NCBI GenBank assembly: GCA_030704615.1
Contig: CM060732.1
Coordinates: 31,620,001 to 31,684,000, forward strand
Source: Takakia lepidozioides
Lineage: Eukaryota; Plantae; Bryophyta
Direction: 5' to 3'
Length of the DNA stretch: 64,000 nucleotides
Position numbers and translations under genes: made by a program. Each line of letters begins with the position of its first letter. Positions within the stretch are counted from its first letter, which is position 1. Below, piece after piece: positions 50,486 to 62,601 of this stretch. Under the pieces are notes generated by a model. It was given only the letters and a program-made list of their open reading frames with translations. It was not told the origin of the DNA and did no database searches.

Positions 50486-52632
50486 GACAGGTTCGCCCTC
50501 TCCTCAGACGTTTTGGCCATACATGTCTTGCGGTAGTAGGCGCATGTTGCCCAGCAGCCATTGCCTTTATATGTGCAAGTGCTGAACCCTTCTGTCAATT
50601 GTCTATTTCAGACCATGTGCACTTCCAGTGCTCTAACAGATGCATGGCCTACTCCACAATACGTTTGGACATGCAACTAATTCTTATTTTCTCATTTCTC
50701 ACAAGTAACTGCCAATTTTAATCGATGATCGGCTGCCCTTGTTTTTTAGCTTTAGAGACTCTCACTGCATGTGAGTTCAAACCCTTGTGTAGCAACTGGA
50801 GCTTCTATGGAGCTTCTATGTAGCAACTGAACCCCTTATGCTTGAATGCACTCTGAGCATAATCCTTAGGTTGAGTGGCCATGTGCATAGGGGTCCTTCG
50901 AAACCTGCATCATGACTGACCTTGAGAAACCCTGTTGAAATTTGGTGAGGGGGTGAAGATAGAGGCCCAAGCAACTACCACTACTTTTGTCTTCATTTAG
51001 CATTTCTTTACTGGAAGTGTGGTTGTGCTTACAAGTGCTCTTGAATTTTCTATGCAGATCTTTGGAGCTAAGGAGACTGTACCATACTACAAAATAGCTT
51101 CAATAGAACTTGATTTCAACTGAGCTATGGGAGCTTCAAGCAATGCAGCAGTCTCAAAGAGAACTTTTGCTGCTCAACAATGGGGCGTGCCTAGAGAGAC
51201 CTATGAAGCATACAAATTTTGTTGCTTGAAAAGTGCACCGACATGGACAATTGAGAAAGTATTATCAAGTTTCATATGCAGATTGTCAATCTTTCGAAAC
51301 ATTGGTGATGTATGAAGAGTTGAAGGCCAAAATGGCAACTTCAAGTACACACTTTTCTAGCTGAACACTGTCACCGAGTTAAATGGCTTCATTCATTTCA
51401 TTCAGTTTCCACTATTGTACAGCCCTTGGGAAAACACTCCACTGTTGATGGCCCTCACAACTACCAATTTCTTTGCTTTTGCATGTGTTGTAAATGGATG
51501 CATGAGTTTTATATATGTGGCATATCAAACCCCTCTGTTGGCCACAGAGAGTACAGGCATGTTGACAGTTGCCATACAGCCTCTGGATTTCACTGTTGAG
51601 TTACTAACAATTTGGATCAATCCACTTGCTTTTATTGGAGACCTTGTACTTCCCACGGGCTACTACTTGAAAACCAATGTATAATACACTGGAACTGCTA
51701 GTTCTAATTTGCTACTGTGGAGGCAAATTTTGCAGCATTATCCCCACTGTGAAGACTCGAATGTGTCTACACTGAATGCTGAAACTAATAGGTCTAACAT
51801 AAAGAACTGTGGTTCCTGTCTTCACACAATCCGAACAGACTCTCTTAGGCCTTCAGTTGGCAAGTAGAAAGTAATCATCACAGCCGTAAAATGGATTCCT
51901 TTTCCTGCATGTGCTTCAGGGCATATGTCTGTAATGTGCCTTCTCTGTATCGCGCAGAGTTCCTCAACAAACGGGAAGTTGGAAGGGCCTTGTAATGCTC
52001 CCAATCACCCAAATTGGCTTTTCCAATCCACTCTCGCTTTCCTTTATGTTCTCGTACTTGAATGAAGTCTCCTCTACTAGCTCTCAAAATACTCTCACTG
52101 ACATCAACACAATATCACCTTGCGCTTTAACTGATAGTCGTACGAGTGTTTCTTATACAACATTGACCTTACAGTTGGTCGCCTAACAGGTTTTTCAAAA
52201 TCAGAAGTATTGAAAAGAAGCTCGTGATGAGCCTTGGGTGTGGACCAACTAGAAGTGAACATCCTCTGGATACAGGTGACTTGCAGCTTGCAAAGCTCAA
52301 GAAACCAATCCACTGATCTAGAAGCAACACAGAATAATGACATTTGTTTCAGTTGCCCCTTGTGTACAAAGGTTTCTGATGTTTTCCTGGGGCATCCAAC
52401 ACAACAGGGAAACACGGGCATGGTCATCTTCCGTACGGGTTGTCCACCATTCCAGCAACTGATTTAAGAAAGAGTCAGGCTCTCGTAGGTCACTGGAAAC
52501 CCTCGGGTGTGGGCTACTCCATTGGGTAATCCTCCTAATAATTTCACATGATACATACGACCTCTCCTGTTGAAAAATTATGAGCTCTAAATAAGTACAT
52601 GAATCTTACTGCTGATTAGGTCGAACCAATCT

Positions 52633-54876
52633 TCAGCTAATGTACTCTGAAAAGGGCTTCCCCATGAGAGCGCCATTACTGGAGTTCGGAACCCCGGTAT
52701 TGTTGTTTATGGCAGGGTAAATCTCCCTGGGCGGTGGCTGTATCAGCAGCTTCTCCATCCTGACAAGGAGCTCCTGCTGTTGCAAAGAGAACTGCCGCTC
52801 AGAAGAAATGGAGGCCTCGAGGGACGCCAGCTGGGCTTCCATGGCCTGCACAGCTTCTGTAAGCCCAGTCTTCAGTCGCTGGGTTCCTGGTTGTCTATGC
52901 CTGCTAGCCAAAATTTCCTGCACCCGTCTGTCCGTAGAAGATGCCCCAGTATCGACCGCGGCCAATGCTAGCTGATCCATCTGATCTATACCCTTGCTTA
53001 ATCGCAAATCCCCATCTTCATCCAGGCTTGCTGCTGCTTGCTGTTCAAGCCATGGCTTGATGGCGAGAAAAAAAGCTAGAAAGACTGATGCACTGATGCC
53101 CATGGACTCCATCATGGATTGCCCCATTTCGTAAGTGACTTGCGTTGAGTTTCTAAGCCCTGCCAGTATCATCCAGCCAGTTGCCAAAGCCAAGCTACCA
53201 GTTGCAGCAGTCGGCATTGCAGCCCCTAAGGTGCTCCCCATGCGCCCCAAGTCAACCTCTGCTGCAAGCTTTTGCAGATTGCTGGGTTGGCTGAGAGCTG
53301 CACGCACCACACTAGCACCAAACACAGGGACCTGAAACTGAGCTTCGGGTAGTGTTGGGAAGTCAGGCCATAGATCAGGAAGGACAACACCCTGTGGAAA
53401 GGAAGAGCCCTGGAAGAAACGATGTCGCAATGCAGCTGCAGCCGAGGGCCGACTACTGCCCAAGCTTGGCCAGATGAAGAAGTCCTTGTCATATCTGGGC
53501 TGAAGCATAGCCTTGGCAAGCTCCCAACCCGCCCCACCATCTGCATCCAGCAGAGTAAACTCCCCATCGCTAATATGGCACTTCTTCCGCCACACATCCA
53601 AATCATAGCCTACTCGTTTCAGCTCAGAGTTGAAAGATTGCAGTCCAACATCATGCCGCAACTGCTTGACACTGAGCTGCATCAGGATAAGACCAGCAGA
53701 GAAGAGGTCAAAGCGATCTGGAGTGTTCAGAAGCCAGACGAAGGGTGAGACAATGGAGCAGAATGGATCGGGGGGTAATGCAGGGGTACAAGTGGGCATC
53801 ACATAGTGCTCGGGTGCAGCATAAGTGGGATCGATAACTGTCTCATCCGGAACATAATTAAAACCAGAACGGAGGTCGACACAGGCACCGAGGTCGATGA
53901 GCTTGAACGAGCCCGAGTCTTGACTCAACACGAGATTGAGGGGCTTCACGTCTCGATGGACGACTCCAGACCGGTGAATGGCATGAAGGCTGCTTAAAAT
54001 TTGTTCCACCACTTTGCGTATGACTGCTTCATTTCGCTTGTGGTTGGAAGCACCCCGCTCCTTCTTGCCTTTTTTGCCAAGGACTTCTTCAGCGATGTTC
54101 TCTGGAAAATTCTTCTGTTTCATGTAGTAGTCCAGCGTGCGCTCACCTTGAAATTGCCATACCAACCACACCCCCTCACTAAGCTTACTGTGAGATTGCG
54201 AAGAGCTGACATCCACTGTGCCCAAGAACTCAGCACAGGCCCCTGGAGCTGTCCTCTGCAAGCGTTGGTTCATGTGAATCTCAGCATCACGCATCTCCAA
54301 GGCCCCTTTGACACGAGCCTTGACTTTCTTCAGCACCACATGCAGCGCCTCCTTCTTCCATTGCTTTTTCTTGCCTTTCCCGATGTAGCCCTCGTGCACA
54401 ATGCCGAAAGAACCTTCACCCATCTGTCGCCCAATTTCTACCTCATCGGCAGAGAAAGAACGGAACGAACGAGCATGGATGGGAGCATACAAAAGATCCA
54501 CAAGGCCCGCAACTGATCCTGGAGTTGCCAAAGTGTACCACAACACTACAGGGACTGCGGCAGCCCAATACGCCAACGCGTTTCCATCAACTGGAAGAGG
54601 AAGACCCAGCTCCACCGCATTCTTCAACAAACCATGGTGCAATCTAACCACCGACTCCTCCATCCCTGCTCCCATACCGCTGTGCAGGGCCTCCGCAAGC
54701 TTGGGCACCGCGATTTGAGAAACGCACTTGCGTCCAGAGGGACGCCGGCCATTTCCATACGGAGCCGAGTGATTCCGAAGAAACGAGCAAGGGCAGATGA
54801 AGGAAGAGCGAAGTGAGGAGCTGGAGTTGGAGCTGGAGGGTGAGAGAGAAGGTAGGGAGGTAATCGCAGCAGCCAT
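52633..54876 (-). CDS. Intronless STN7/STN8 (Stt7)-family thylakoid Ser/Thr kinase with a C-terminal hydrophobic and coiled-coil extension
   Basis: Ser-rich transit peptide; TM segment ending LATPG; GEGSFG; VVLKK; VWLVWQFQGERTL; VHRDVKPLN; KLIDLGACVDLRSGFNYVPDE..DPTYAAPEHYVMPT; PDRFDLFSAG; DADGGAGWELA. Confidence 0.88.
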   Translation of the reverse strand: MAAAITSLPSLSPSSSNSSSSLRSSFICPCSFLRNHSAPYGNGRRPSGRKCVSQIAVPKLAEALHSGMGAGMEESVVRLHHGLLKNAVELGLPLPVDGNALAYWAAAVPVVLWYTLATPGSVAGLVDLLYAPIHARSFRSFSADEVEIGRQMGEGSFGIVHEGYIGKGKKKQWKKEALHVVLKKVKARVKGALEMRDAEIHMNQRLQRTAPGACAEFLGTVDVSSSQSHSKLSEGVWLVWQFQGERTLDYYMKQKNFPENIAEEVLGKKGKKERGASNHKRNEAVIRKVVEQILSSLHAIHRSGVVHRDVKPLNLVLSQDSGSFKLIDLGACVDLRSGFNYVPDETVIDPTYAAPEHYVMPTCTPALPPDPFCSIVSPFVWLLNTPDRFDLFSAGLILMQLSVKQLRHDVGLQSFNSELKRVGYDLDVWRKKCHISDGEFTLLDADGGAGWELAKAMLQPRYDKDFFIWPSLGSSRPSAAAALRHRFFQGSSFPQGVVLPDLWPDFPTLPEAQFQVPVFGASVVRAALSQPSNLQKLAAEVDLGRMGSTLGAAMPTAATGSLALATGWMILAGLRNSTQVTYEMGQSMMESMGISASVFLAFFLAIKPWLEQQAAASLDEDGDLRLSKGIDQMDQLALAAVDTGASSTDRRVQEILASRHRQPGTQRLKTGLTEAVQAMEAQLASLEASISSERQFSLQQQELLVRMEKLLIQPPPREIYPAINNNTGVPNSSNGALMGKPFSEYIS

Positions 54877-56012
54877 GGGAGACCTCTCACCTCCTCCCCT
54901 CTCTCTCCCCAGCAACACTCCCTCACAACCGCCTGCCTTCCTCTCTACACAGCAGACTCGGTGGAGTGAAATCTCAAAACACGAGTAAAGTTTGAAGCGG
55001 TAGGCGGCAAGTGTTGAATGCTTGGTTGTGAGATCCTGTGGTAACTTACTGCTTTTCTTATTCCCTTTCCTTCTCTCTCACACACAAACACATTTCTGTA
55101 CACAAAAAAGCTCCAGCATGCTGACTGTTATTTTGTCACAGTCTGAGTGGGTGCAAATGGGTCCCATTCATGAGGCTGAATGTGGATAGAAATCACCCAC
55201 TGGGCAGGTTCTGTTTCTGTATGGCTGTGTATGAGGCCAAGCTGCACTTGTGATAAGGTTTCTAAATATATAGGGTCATTGTGATTGTGGCAGGTTTTGT
55301 CAAAATGGTTTGTTCATTAGCCCTTGATAGGGCATTAAGACTTCACACCCCATCCTGCATGGCCTTGCACATTCACTGCTTGGACAGCTCCTATTGATAT
55401 TGATTTGCATTCTCTAGTCATCCATGTGTCACATCAACTATTCAAACATTTCTTCTGCGGCAGTTTTACCGGCTCTTTTCAATGCTCATTTAGAGCTGGC
55501 TCACAAAGTGGTTAGCCACCCCTTCATGGCTCTCTTCATGAATGTGCAGTTTTTAATACAACTTCCACAATATTTGGCCATAGAAACCACGGAGCCATAT
55601 CAGGCAACCAAACTGCGCAGGGCAGGAAACTTCAATAGACCTGAGAATTGTGCACTTTCAGGCTGATTTGACAGGGACATTGAACCCAACATGCTTGGTT
55701 GATGAGTCTTTCCAGTCATTGCACCATGGGGTAGTGTCTGTGGATAAGTAGGTAGTAGTATCTTAGGTGTCCACTGCAGGGAAGCATCCACAGGACTACA
55801 GAGGAAATGAGGAAGTGTGTCTTTTGTTTCCTTTCTTGTGCCCACAGGCATGAAGTGGGTAGCCTCAGGAAGGGAAGAGAGTCATTGACTCATAACCCCA
55901 GATCTGTGCCCCATGATGACGAAGATATTTCCATATCAGGTAGTTAAATATTACAGTTAGAAGACTACAGAGAATCAGCTTATTCTTTTTGACCACCTAC
56001 CTCCCATTATAC

Positions 56013-59000
56013 TCAAGGGGATGAGACGTCAATGTGTATGATGTGTCTATCCGGGCCAGACTGCCTCACAGGCAAAGACTGACTCACTCGCTGCAGCAAC
56101 AAGCTCATGTCAATCGACTCAGAAGTTTCTATCATCTTCAGAATAGTAGGAGTGGTCACTGAAGTATTGTACTCCATATCCACCAGCCCCTGCACCAAGC
56201 CATAGAGAGTGGTATGAGTGACTCTATAATGAACCACAGCAAAAAATTCTAGATCCCTTCTCAAATGAGCATTCCATTCTCTATGTAGCTCAATGCAGAG
56301 TTACCAAAAACCACTCCCACCTCTACTTCATAGTATCACTTTCCAAGAAATGCTTTAAAAAGAAAACAGCATCTATCTGTACACATTGCAAGATGGTTGA
56401 GACAAAGTGAAAAGCTGCTGTAGGGACCTCAAATCTCATTAGAAAAGCCTGGAACCCCTTCATGACATTCCTCATTTCCTGTGACTCTTTCTGGTTGGAG
56501 CTGGCAAGGGAAGCAGTCACCTCTGCAGGAGAGAAGTTCAACATAGCTTCAACTATCTGTCGAGCAGAAACAGCCACAACCACTTTTGCCGATGAGTACA
56601 TGAGTTAATTGCTGAGGAAGTGAAATCAGCACAATGAATGTAGACATTGCATTTCTCAAACAGAGCTTGAGAAAAGGGGCGACTTAAACCTCGTGGTGGA
56701 TAAGGGCCTCAGTGATAAGACTGCCATCATCGACATGTACAATGAGCCTGAACTGATCACATCCCTTGAACTGGAAGTCCTTCACACCTGTTAGAACACA
56801 CTGCAATTTGCAGCAACCTCCTCAGATACTAACCCAGTGACAAAGTCCTTCACCAATGAACACCATGGGGAAGATGATTGCTAGCAAACATTGCACGCTG
56901 ACCAAAAGCAAAAATATTTAGCAGGAGAGCACACTCTATCTACTTGCACCATACAACACCAATGCACTTTCACACATTCAGTTTCCATTCAGTTAGACCC
57001 AGGTCATGAGAGAAAGACCTTTATCCTCCCACAAATGACTGCGCTTGCACCCAGCTGCGCAACAAACTTGTCCTTCAGCAGAGAAACATAGGTGAAAGGC
57101 ATATCATTGATGTCAGAAGGCTGGCAAGTTGAAGAGGAGGCCACCAAATCGCTTTGCATGTATTCAGTCTCCTCATAGCTATCCAGGTCCATGGGAGTGC
57201 GTATGCCATCATCTAACACAAACAAATTCGATGGCATTAGATGCCTGAGACTTAGCATTTATTTGTTCCCCAGGTTCACAAATCAGTACAAATGTGGATG
57301 GCTGCATAAAGACCTCTCTCTTTCTAACTACAAGACCATCTGTAAAGAAAGTACACAAGAGAAGGTGCCTCAGTTTAACACCTCCACAGTAAGTGTCTCG
57401 AGTTGCTAGGCCTCTCATACAGATTCTGCAATGTGAAGATAAGAGGTTTTTCCACATGTAGTTCAATGACACACAAGCTTACCAAAAGCTGGAGGGGGTT
57501 GGACAGAGGGTTTAGTACACCCAACATTGGAAGTCCCCCCTGGCCGCTGTTGTTTTAGCTTAGAGGACCCAAGGGATAGCTTGCCAAGTGTGTGTGTTGG
57601 GGTGTGTGGCACGCACTCCTCCACCATGGAAGTGGTCTGCTCCCATTTCTGCATACTCGAATTCCTTGTCTCTTCGTGACGTACGGTTGTTTGGGAAAAC
57701 CTTGTTTGGAGGTGATTAACTGTTTGTCGTTCAGAGGCATTCACAGTTGCCTGCTGATCAGACCCAGCCTGCATCTGTTCACAATAATTTCAAACCCAGA
57801 CAAAGATGATGTCAGTCCATCTTCTGAAGCAGTTTCCGTCATATTCCACATGAACACCATCCCCATTTTAAGAGCAGATAATACCGGCACCCTTTCAGCA
57901 CAACCACGCCACCAATTTGGCAAGTTGACAATCATCCAGAAGCTAGCCTGGTACTAACTGCTGTAGCATTCAAAAGAAAATGCACCTGAGGCAGGTTCCC
58001 ACGTAACACATTCGGCTGTAGGATACTGGCCCCCTGTTCAGCTGCTGCTTCCGCTACTTCTCCAGGTGGGGGTGGCCAGGCTGCAGCTGTTGCCCTTTCA
58101 ACCAGTGGGTGTTCCTCCGTCCGCCCCCTAGGAGTTCTGCTTGGGATACCGGCATTGATGTGGTAACATGACAACAGTTTAATCCATGACTATTGGGCAT
58201 TCCTTCGGGGCCTCAGGTGCTTGCTCCCTGTGCCTGAAAGCAGCTCAGCTATACCTTTCATCAAGCCAGTTTGACCTTTCATGATAATGGTTCCAAATAA
58301 GTATCTGCAGTAAATTTGCTTGCCCTTGTAAGTTGTAATCCGGGACACCCCTACAGAAGTTGGTCCATATAGGTTCCTCCACTTGTGACCAACCTCAGCC
58401 TTCTGTAGCTTGTGTGGAATGCTTTAGAGTTCGTATGATTGACATTCGACATGCACTCTTATATGCGTTTCGTCTCATACAGACATTGGGCATGTGGAAG
58501 AATTGCTCCAATTGTTACAGTTAAGATGATACACTGGCCAGGCATTAGAGTCAAACTCTTGGGGACAGATTGCAGTAACTGCCACCTCCAAGTCACACCA
58601 GAAGAGTGCAATGTTGGAGCTGCCCTAGTGAGGGAGCATTGCCCAATCTGACCCCAGATCGGATACATATTTACAAACATACAGAGATAATAGAAATAAA
58701 GTGTCTTACGTAGCATGCCCTTCTTGGAGATGTGGACCCATGATCTAGGCATTATTTGGAGCAGACTGCAATAGTAACGAAGCCATACTCTGAGCATGAG
58801 ATGGGAGGGAAGGATACCGGTTTCCACGAGGGGGTTTGTTGATAAGATTCACAGCGCGCTGCCGGGCTGATTCTAGAGGCTGCACCAGCCCCCCTAATAC
58901 TTCCACGATGTCAGGCACCAGCAATAAAATTCCACGCCGCAAGTGTACATTTGTCACACAAATCTATGCCACCAACTCCACAACCACGCACAGATTTAGA

Positions 59001-60042
59001 GGTGGCCCTTTCTGGGACAGAGTGGATTCTTGCACGAATTGGAGATAACTATACTGACGACAGAACTTGAACGTACACTACCTTGATCCCAGCAGGAGAC
59101 AAGGTGTGAAGAGCAGCAATTGTCCGATATTCAATCCCGAATACACGCTGCCCACCGTCAGTCATTGATAGCTTCAAGCATCTGGTAGGCCCCCCGTTGC
59201 GTTCCTGATACCTGTCTCGCAAAGACGAGCCTATGTCGATGATCTCATCCACCTGGAACAACACAGTTCAGTTCCACTGAGCTACAGTTTGCACATTCAC
59301 TTTTGCTTCAATCCCTCTGAGACTTTATATAGCCCTATCCAAATCCAACAATCGAGTATACATAATCAGTGGAAGATGAAAGACCTAAACGATGTTAATC
59401 TGTTGTGTTAAAGATTAGTTTCACAGCCTGCGAACATTACTAGACATAGCAGGTCAGAGGGTTGGAGATAGAAGCCTCAACCTTTGAGAGAAGACGGAGT
59501 ACAGAGGAGGGACTGTGAGACAGTACCTGGAGAACAAAGGGTCCAGTGAGCTCAGTTGCATGAAGGGCATCAATTGACGGTGGCAAGCTTGCGGCACCCA
59601 CCAAATTGAAATCCGCCATCAACAACTGACCAAATACAATCTCTGCCTGCTTTTCCACTGGCATGCTTCTATAATCGGGATACGAGACCAGCAGCTCTTG
59701 CACACACGAGGCCAGCCACCCCGCCTGAGCGCAAACCCCCCTCCGACACAAGATCTCCTCAATGTCCTTACTTCGGTCAGAGCCCAAGTAAGATTGCGGT
59801 CTACGAAAGGGAATCCGTGAGGGAGCGGAGGGGATGGAGGCGGAATCCTGAAAACCCATGGATCCCTGCGCTCTGACAGGGTTTACACTCTGCATTACAA
59901 AATCTTCCACTGAGATATCGTCTTCCCCATCCGAGAGCTGTACCGGCTCAGAAGCAGAAGCGGAAGGACCTTCCACCATGCACACATCGTCGTCTTCGTC
60001 CTCGGAATCCGACAGATGCATCACCCTGCGCCGTGGCGCCAT
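56013..60042 (-). CDS. RMI1: RecQ-mediated genome instability protein 1
   Basis: MAPRRR..SDSEDEDD; WLASC; FGQLLMADFN..GAASLP; ELTGPFVLQ|VDEIIDIG..LRDRY..RCLKLSMTDG.QRVFGIEY; NVHLRRGILLLVP..VEVLGG.V..LE; C-terminal PFTYVSLL..GRIK and SAEVTA OB-fold exons. Confidence 0.93.
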
Positions 60043-60894
60043 CGCCCTCGTCTTCTACACTCCCTCGCTGTCTTGCGCTGGGCCCATGAGCACCATATTC
60101 ACTTGCAATACCATTGTACTAGCCACGTATACATGCAACAATAGTGATTTTTTTTTTTTAATCGTGAAACTGCCCGAACTGCAGAAATTAAAAATAATGG
60201 CTGCCGGACCCTTCTGTAAGAAAAATTAATTAATCCGGCAGGGTCCTGACGAATAGCATAGGCAAGTACCATAATCGTATGGCTGTTTTTTTCCCTGAAT
60301 CAGGTATGGTATTATTAGTGATAATTGTCTCCATATGCAGGTGTCTCCATATACGTTGGATGAAAACTCGTTTTGGATGAAACATTGGATGACAAACAGC
60401 CATACGGACATATTAAGTAAGATAATGTCCATCCATCGAATCAATCTCAAGTAATCCTCGCAGCCTGAGACTGGCTGCTCCCGCAGCTCGGATTATTCTC
60501 GATAATGCTCCTCCAAATTGACATTATCTAATACATTATAATGAAGAAGGTTACTATCAGCGTTTTTTTTATTGGCGATTTTTTGCCATTTGGCCGCCTG
60601 AAAATCCCCTTGGTGAATGAAACAAAGGGAAAAAAAGTCCAAATAAGGCAGTTTTGGCCAAAAATTGGGGGCCCTGGAAAAGGTCCTCGCCCGTGGACCA
60701 CGGTGCAACACAATGTGGCCATGGCAAACCCCAGATGTGGAGTGGGGCCAGATGTGGGGTCTGCCATGTGGGGTGGGTTTAGGGTTGTGGGGCCTGCTCC
60801 GATTCCCATGGAGATCTGGTCGCCTGCCTTGCCTAAGTGCTCTTTGAGCTTTGAGCTTTGAGTCTGCAAGTGTGGCTTTCACATAGAAAGAGTT

Positions 60895-61132
60895 ACTTAC
60901 CAACAGTCAGTAGCGCAGTTGGTTAGTGCACTGAGTGACACCAAGATAATTACGGGTCAAATCTTGCTACTTGACGGGTGTGGTATTCTCTTCTCCCCTT
61001 TCCCGGGGCGGTGTCCAACTTATTCGCCTCCATGGCGCGGTTGAAAGAGGCTATTTTTAAGAGGCCTGATGTCTGAGCTGTGGTTCCGGGGTGTTTCCCT
61101 TTTTTATTTTTTATTTTTTAAAATAAAATAAT
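60895..61132 (+). mobile_element. Full-length tRNA-derived SINE with a candidate TSD
   Basis: A-box GTAGCGCAGTTGGTTAG at ~60910; degenerate B-box GGGTCAAATC at ~60954; T/A-rich tail; AAAGAGTT direct repeats at 60887-60894 and 61133-61140; homologous to 20130-20392. Confidence 0.65.
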
Positions 61133-61991
61133 AAAGAGTTCCATTTGCCTATTATGGCTTTCAACTATTTCGCCTTCTATTGCTCATCAACATCCATTTG
61201 ATTAGCATAATACCACAAGAGTGGAAATACATGTAGCCTACCAATTCGAGGAAAATTACCTAGAGTGGGCCACTTGCACTACCCTACACCCAATAATATA
61301 GCCACTCGTACCCCTTTTCAAAATCCTTAAAAAAAACCCTGGTTATTATTCCTTAGGATAGCTTCCATATAGAGTCTGTTGCCTTATGGCCTGAATCTGA
61401 AAGCTAGCACTTCCTAAGTTCTTTTACCTAGACTTCCACTATTCTATGGCTACCTTTGTTTAACATCTTTGGGAGCAAGACTTTCAACCGCCTTGAACTC
61501 CACAATTTTCTTCAAACCTCATGTTCCTGGCATATGTTCACAAGTCTGCAATTTCTTGTTTCATGGCTTTGTGCTGTTGTTAGAATCATACTTGAATTAT
61601 CACCATCTTGGGCAGCTCACAGATAGTTCAGTAGTGTTGGCACAGTCTATTACACAGAGAAAACTCCAGCTGAAGCTAGCATAAATAAGAGCCACATCCC
61701 CTTGATATTGTCCCTTATGTCTATGAGACTCTGTGTTTAGATGAGCTTCAATTCTCCCTTAACTAGAGACAAACAAACCGTTTGACACTTGCATTTAAAG
61801 GGAGGCACTTTCTTTCAATCATGTTCATTTCTCCAGTATTCACCACAAGAACAAACCCCACATGGAGGTGGTCAACCACTTGGGAAGTCGTTGCAGGGGG
61901 TTTACTTGGGAGCCAAAAATCGATGGCCAGCAAAATGATAAAAATCTGTGCTGCTAACTTACTCCCCGCCTCCTCAATTTGCCCATACAAA

Positions 61992-62354
61992 TAGAGTTAT
62001 CCGTAAATTCCATCAACTCACGACGACTCGACCCACTTCAAGGCAAAACTCGTGTCCACCTAGGATGCGCGTTTTCTTGGCAATTTTTTGTCGTATTCAA
62101 TTCGGGTCCAAACTCAAAACACCTGCCCAGATGCACGTCCAGGGAGTTTCATCGTGAGTTTAGGTTGAGAAGGCTCGTGACAACATAGGGTCCCGCTGTG
62201 AGAGCACTCGCCTGCAACTCACGGCCAATCAATCTGTGTTTAACGATTCCTAACAAATTTACAAAAATTTGCGGAGGGAAAGCAAACTTACGTCGAAATT
62301 GCGTTTTTTAACAACTCACGATGAAACTCAAGTCTGAATTTACGGATAACTCTA
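61992..62354. mobile_element. 363-bp MITE with perfect 19-bp terminal inverted repeats
   Basis: TAGAGTTATCCGTAAATTC at 61992-62010 and its reverse complement at 62336-62354; internal AACTCACG repeats; the outer TA may be the TSD. Confidence 0.85.
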
Positions 62355-62464
62355 ATGTGTCAGCTTAACATGGATTTTCTCATTTTTGGATCAGATGTGT
62401 CGTCCAGATCTATGCATGCAGTTGGCCACCTCACCCTGGCTTCTTTACTACACGTCTTGTGTTA

Positions 62465-62601
62465 TTCTTAGTCTTATCATGGAATATCATGATCGTATAA
62501 TATGCACAGCATGGGTGTGGCAGGAAAGCCTTGGATACCTATGAGCAAATGATATGGGAAGGGGTAACACCCGACCAGGTCACATTTGTGTGTGTTCTTA
62601 A
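62465..62601 (+). pseudogene. PLS-class pentatricopeptide-repeat gene fragment
   Basis: SWNIMIV*YAQHGCGRKALDTYEQMIWEGVTPDQVTFVCVL, a P-to-L motif junction with an in-frame stop; ends at TTAA. Confidence 0.8.

Noticed and set aside
51800-52450. Possible decayed TIR/NLR fragment
   Set aside because: Only a vague resemblance with multiple stops; not supportable.
60905-60975. Functional tRNA gene
   Set aside because: No complete cloverleaf, a degenerate B-box, and it continues into a repeated SINE body and tail.
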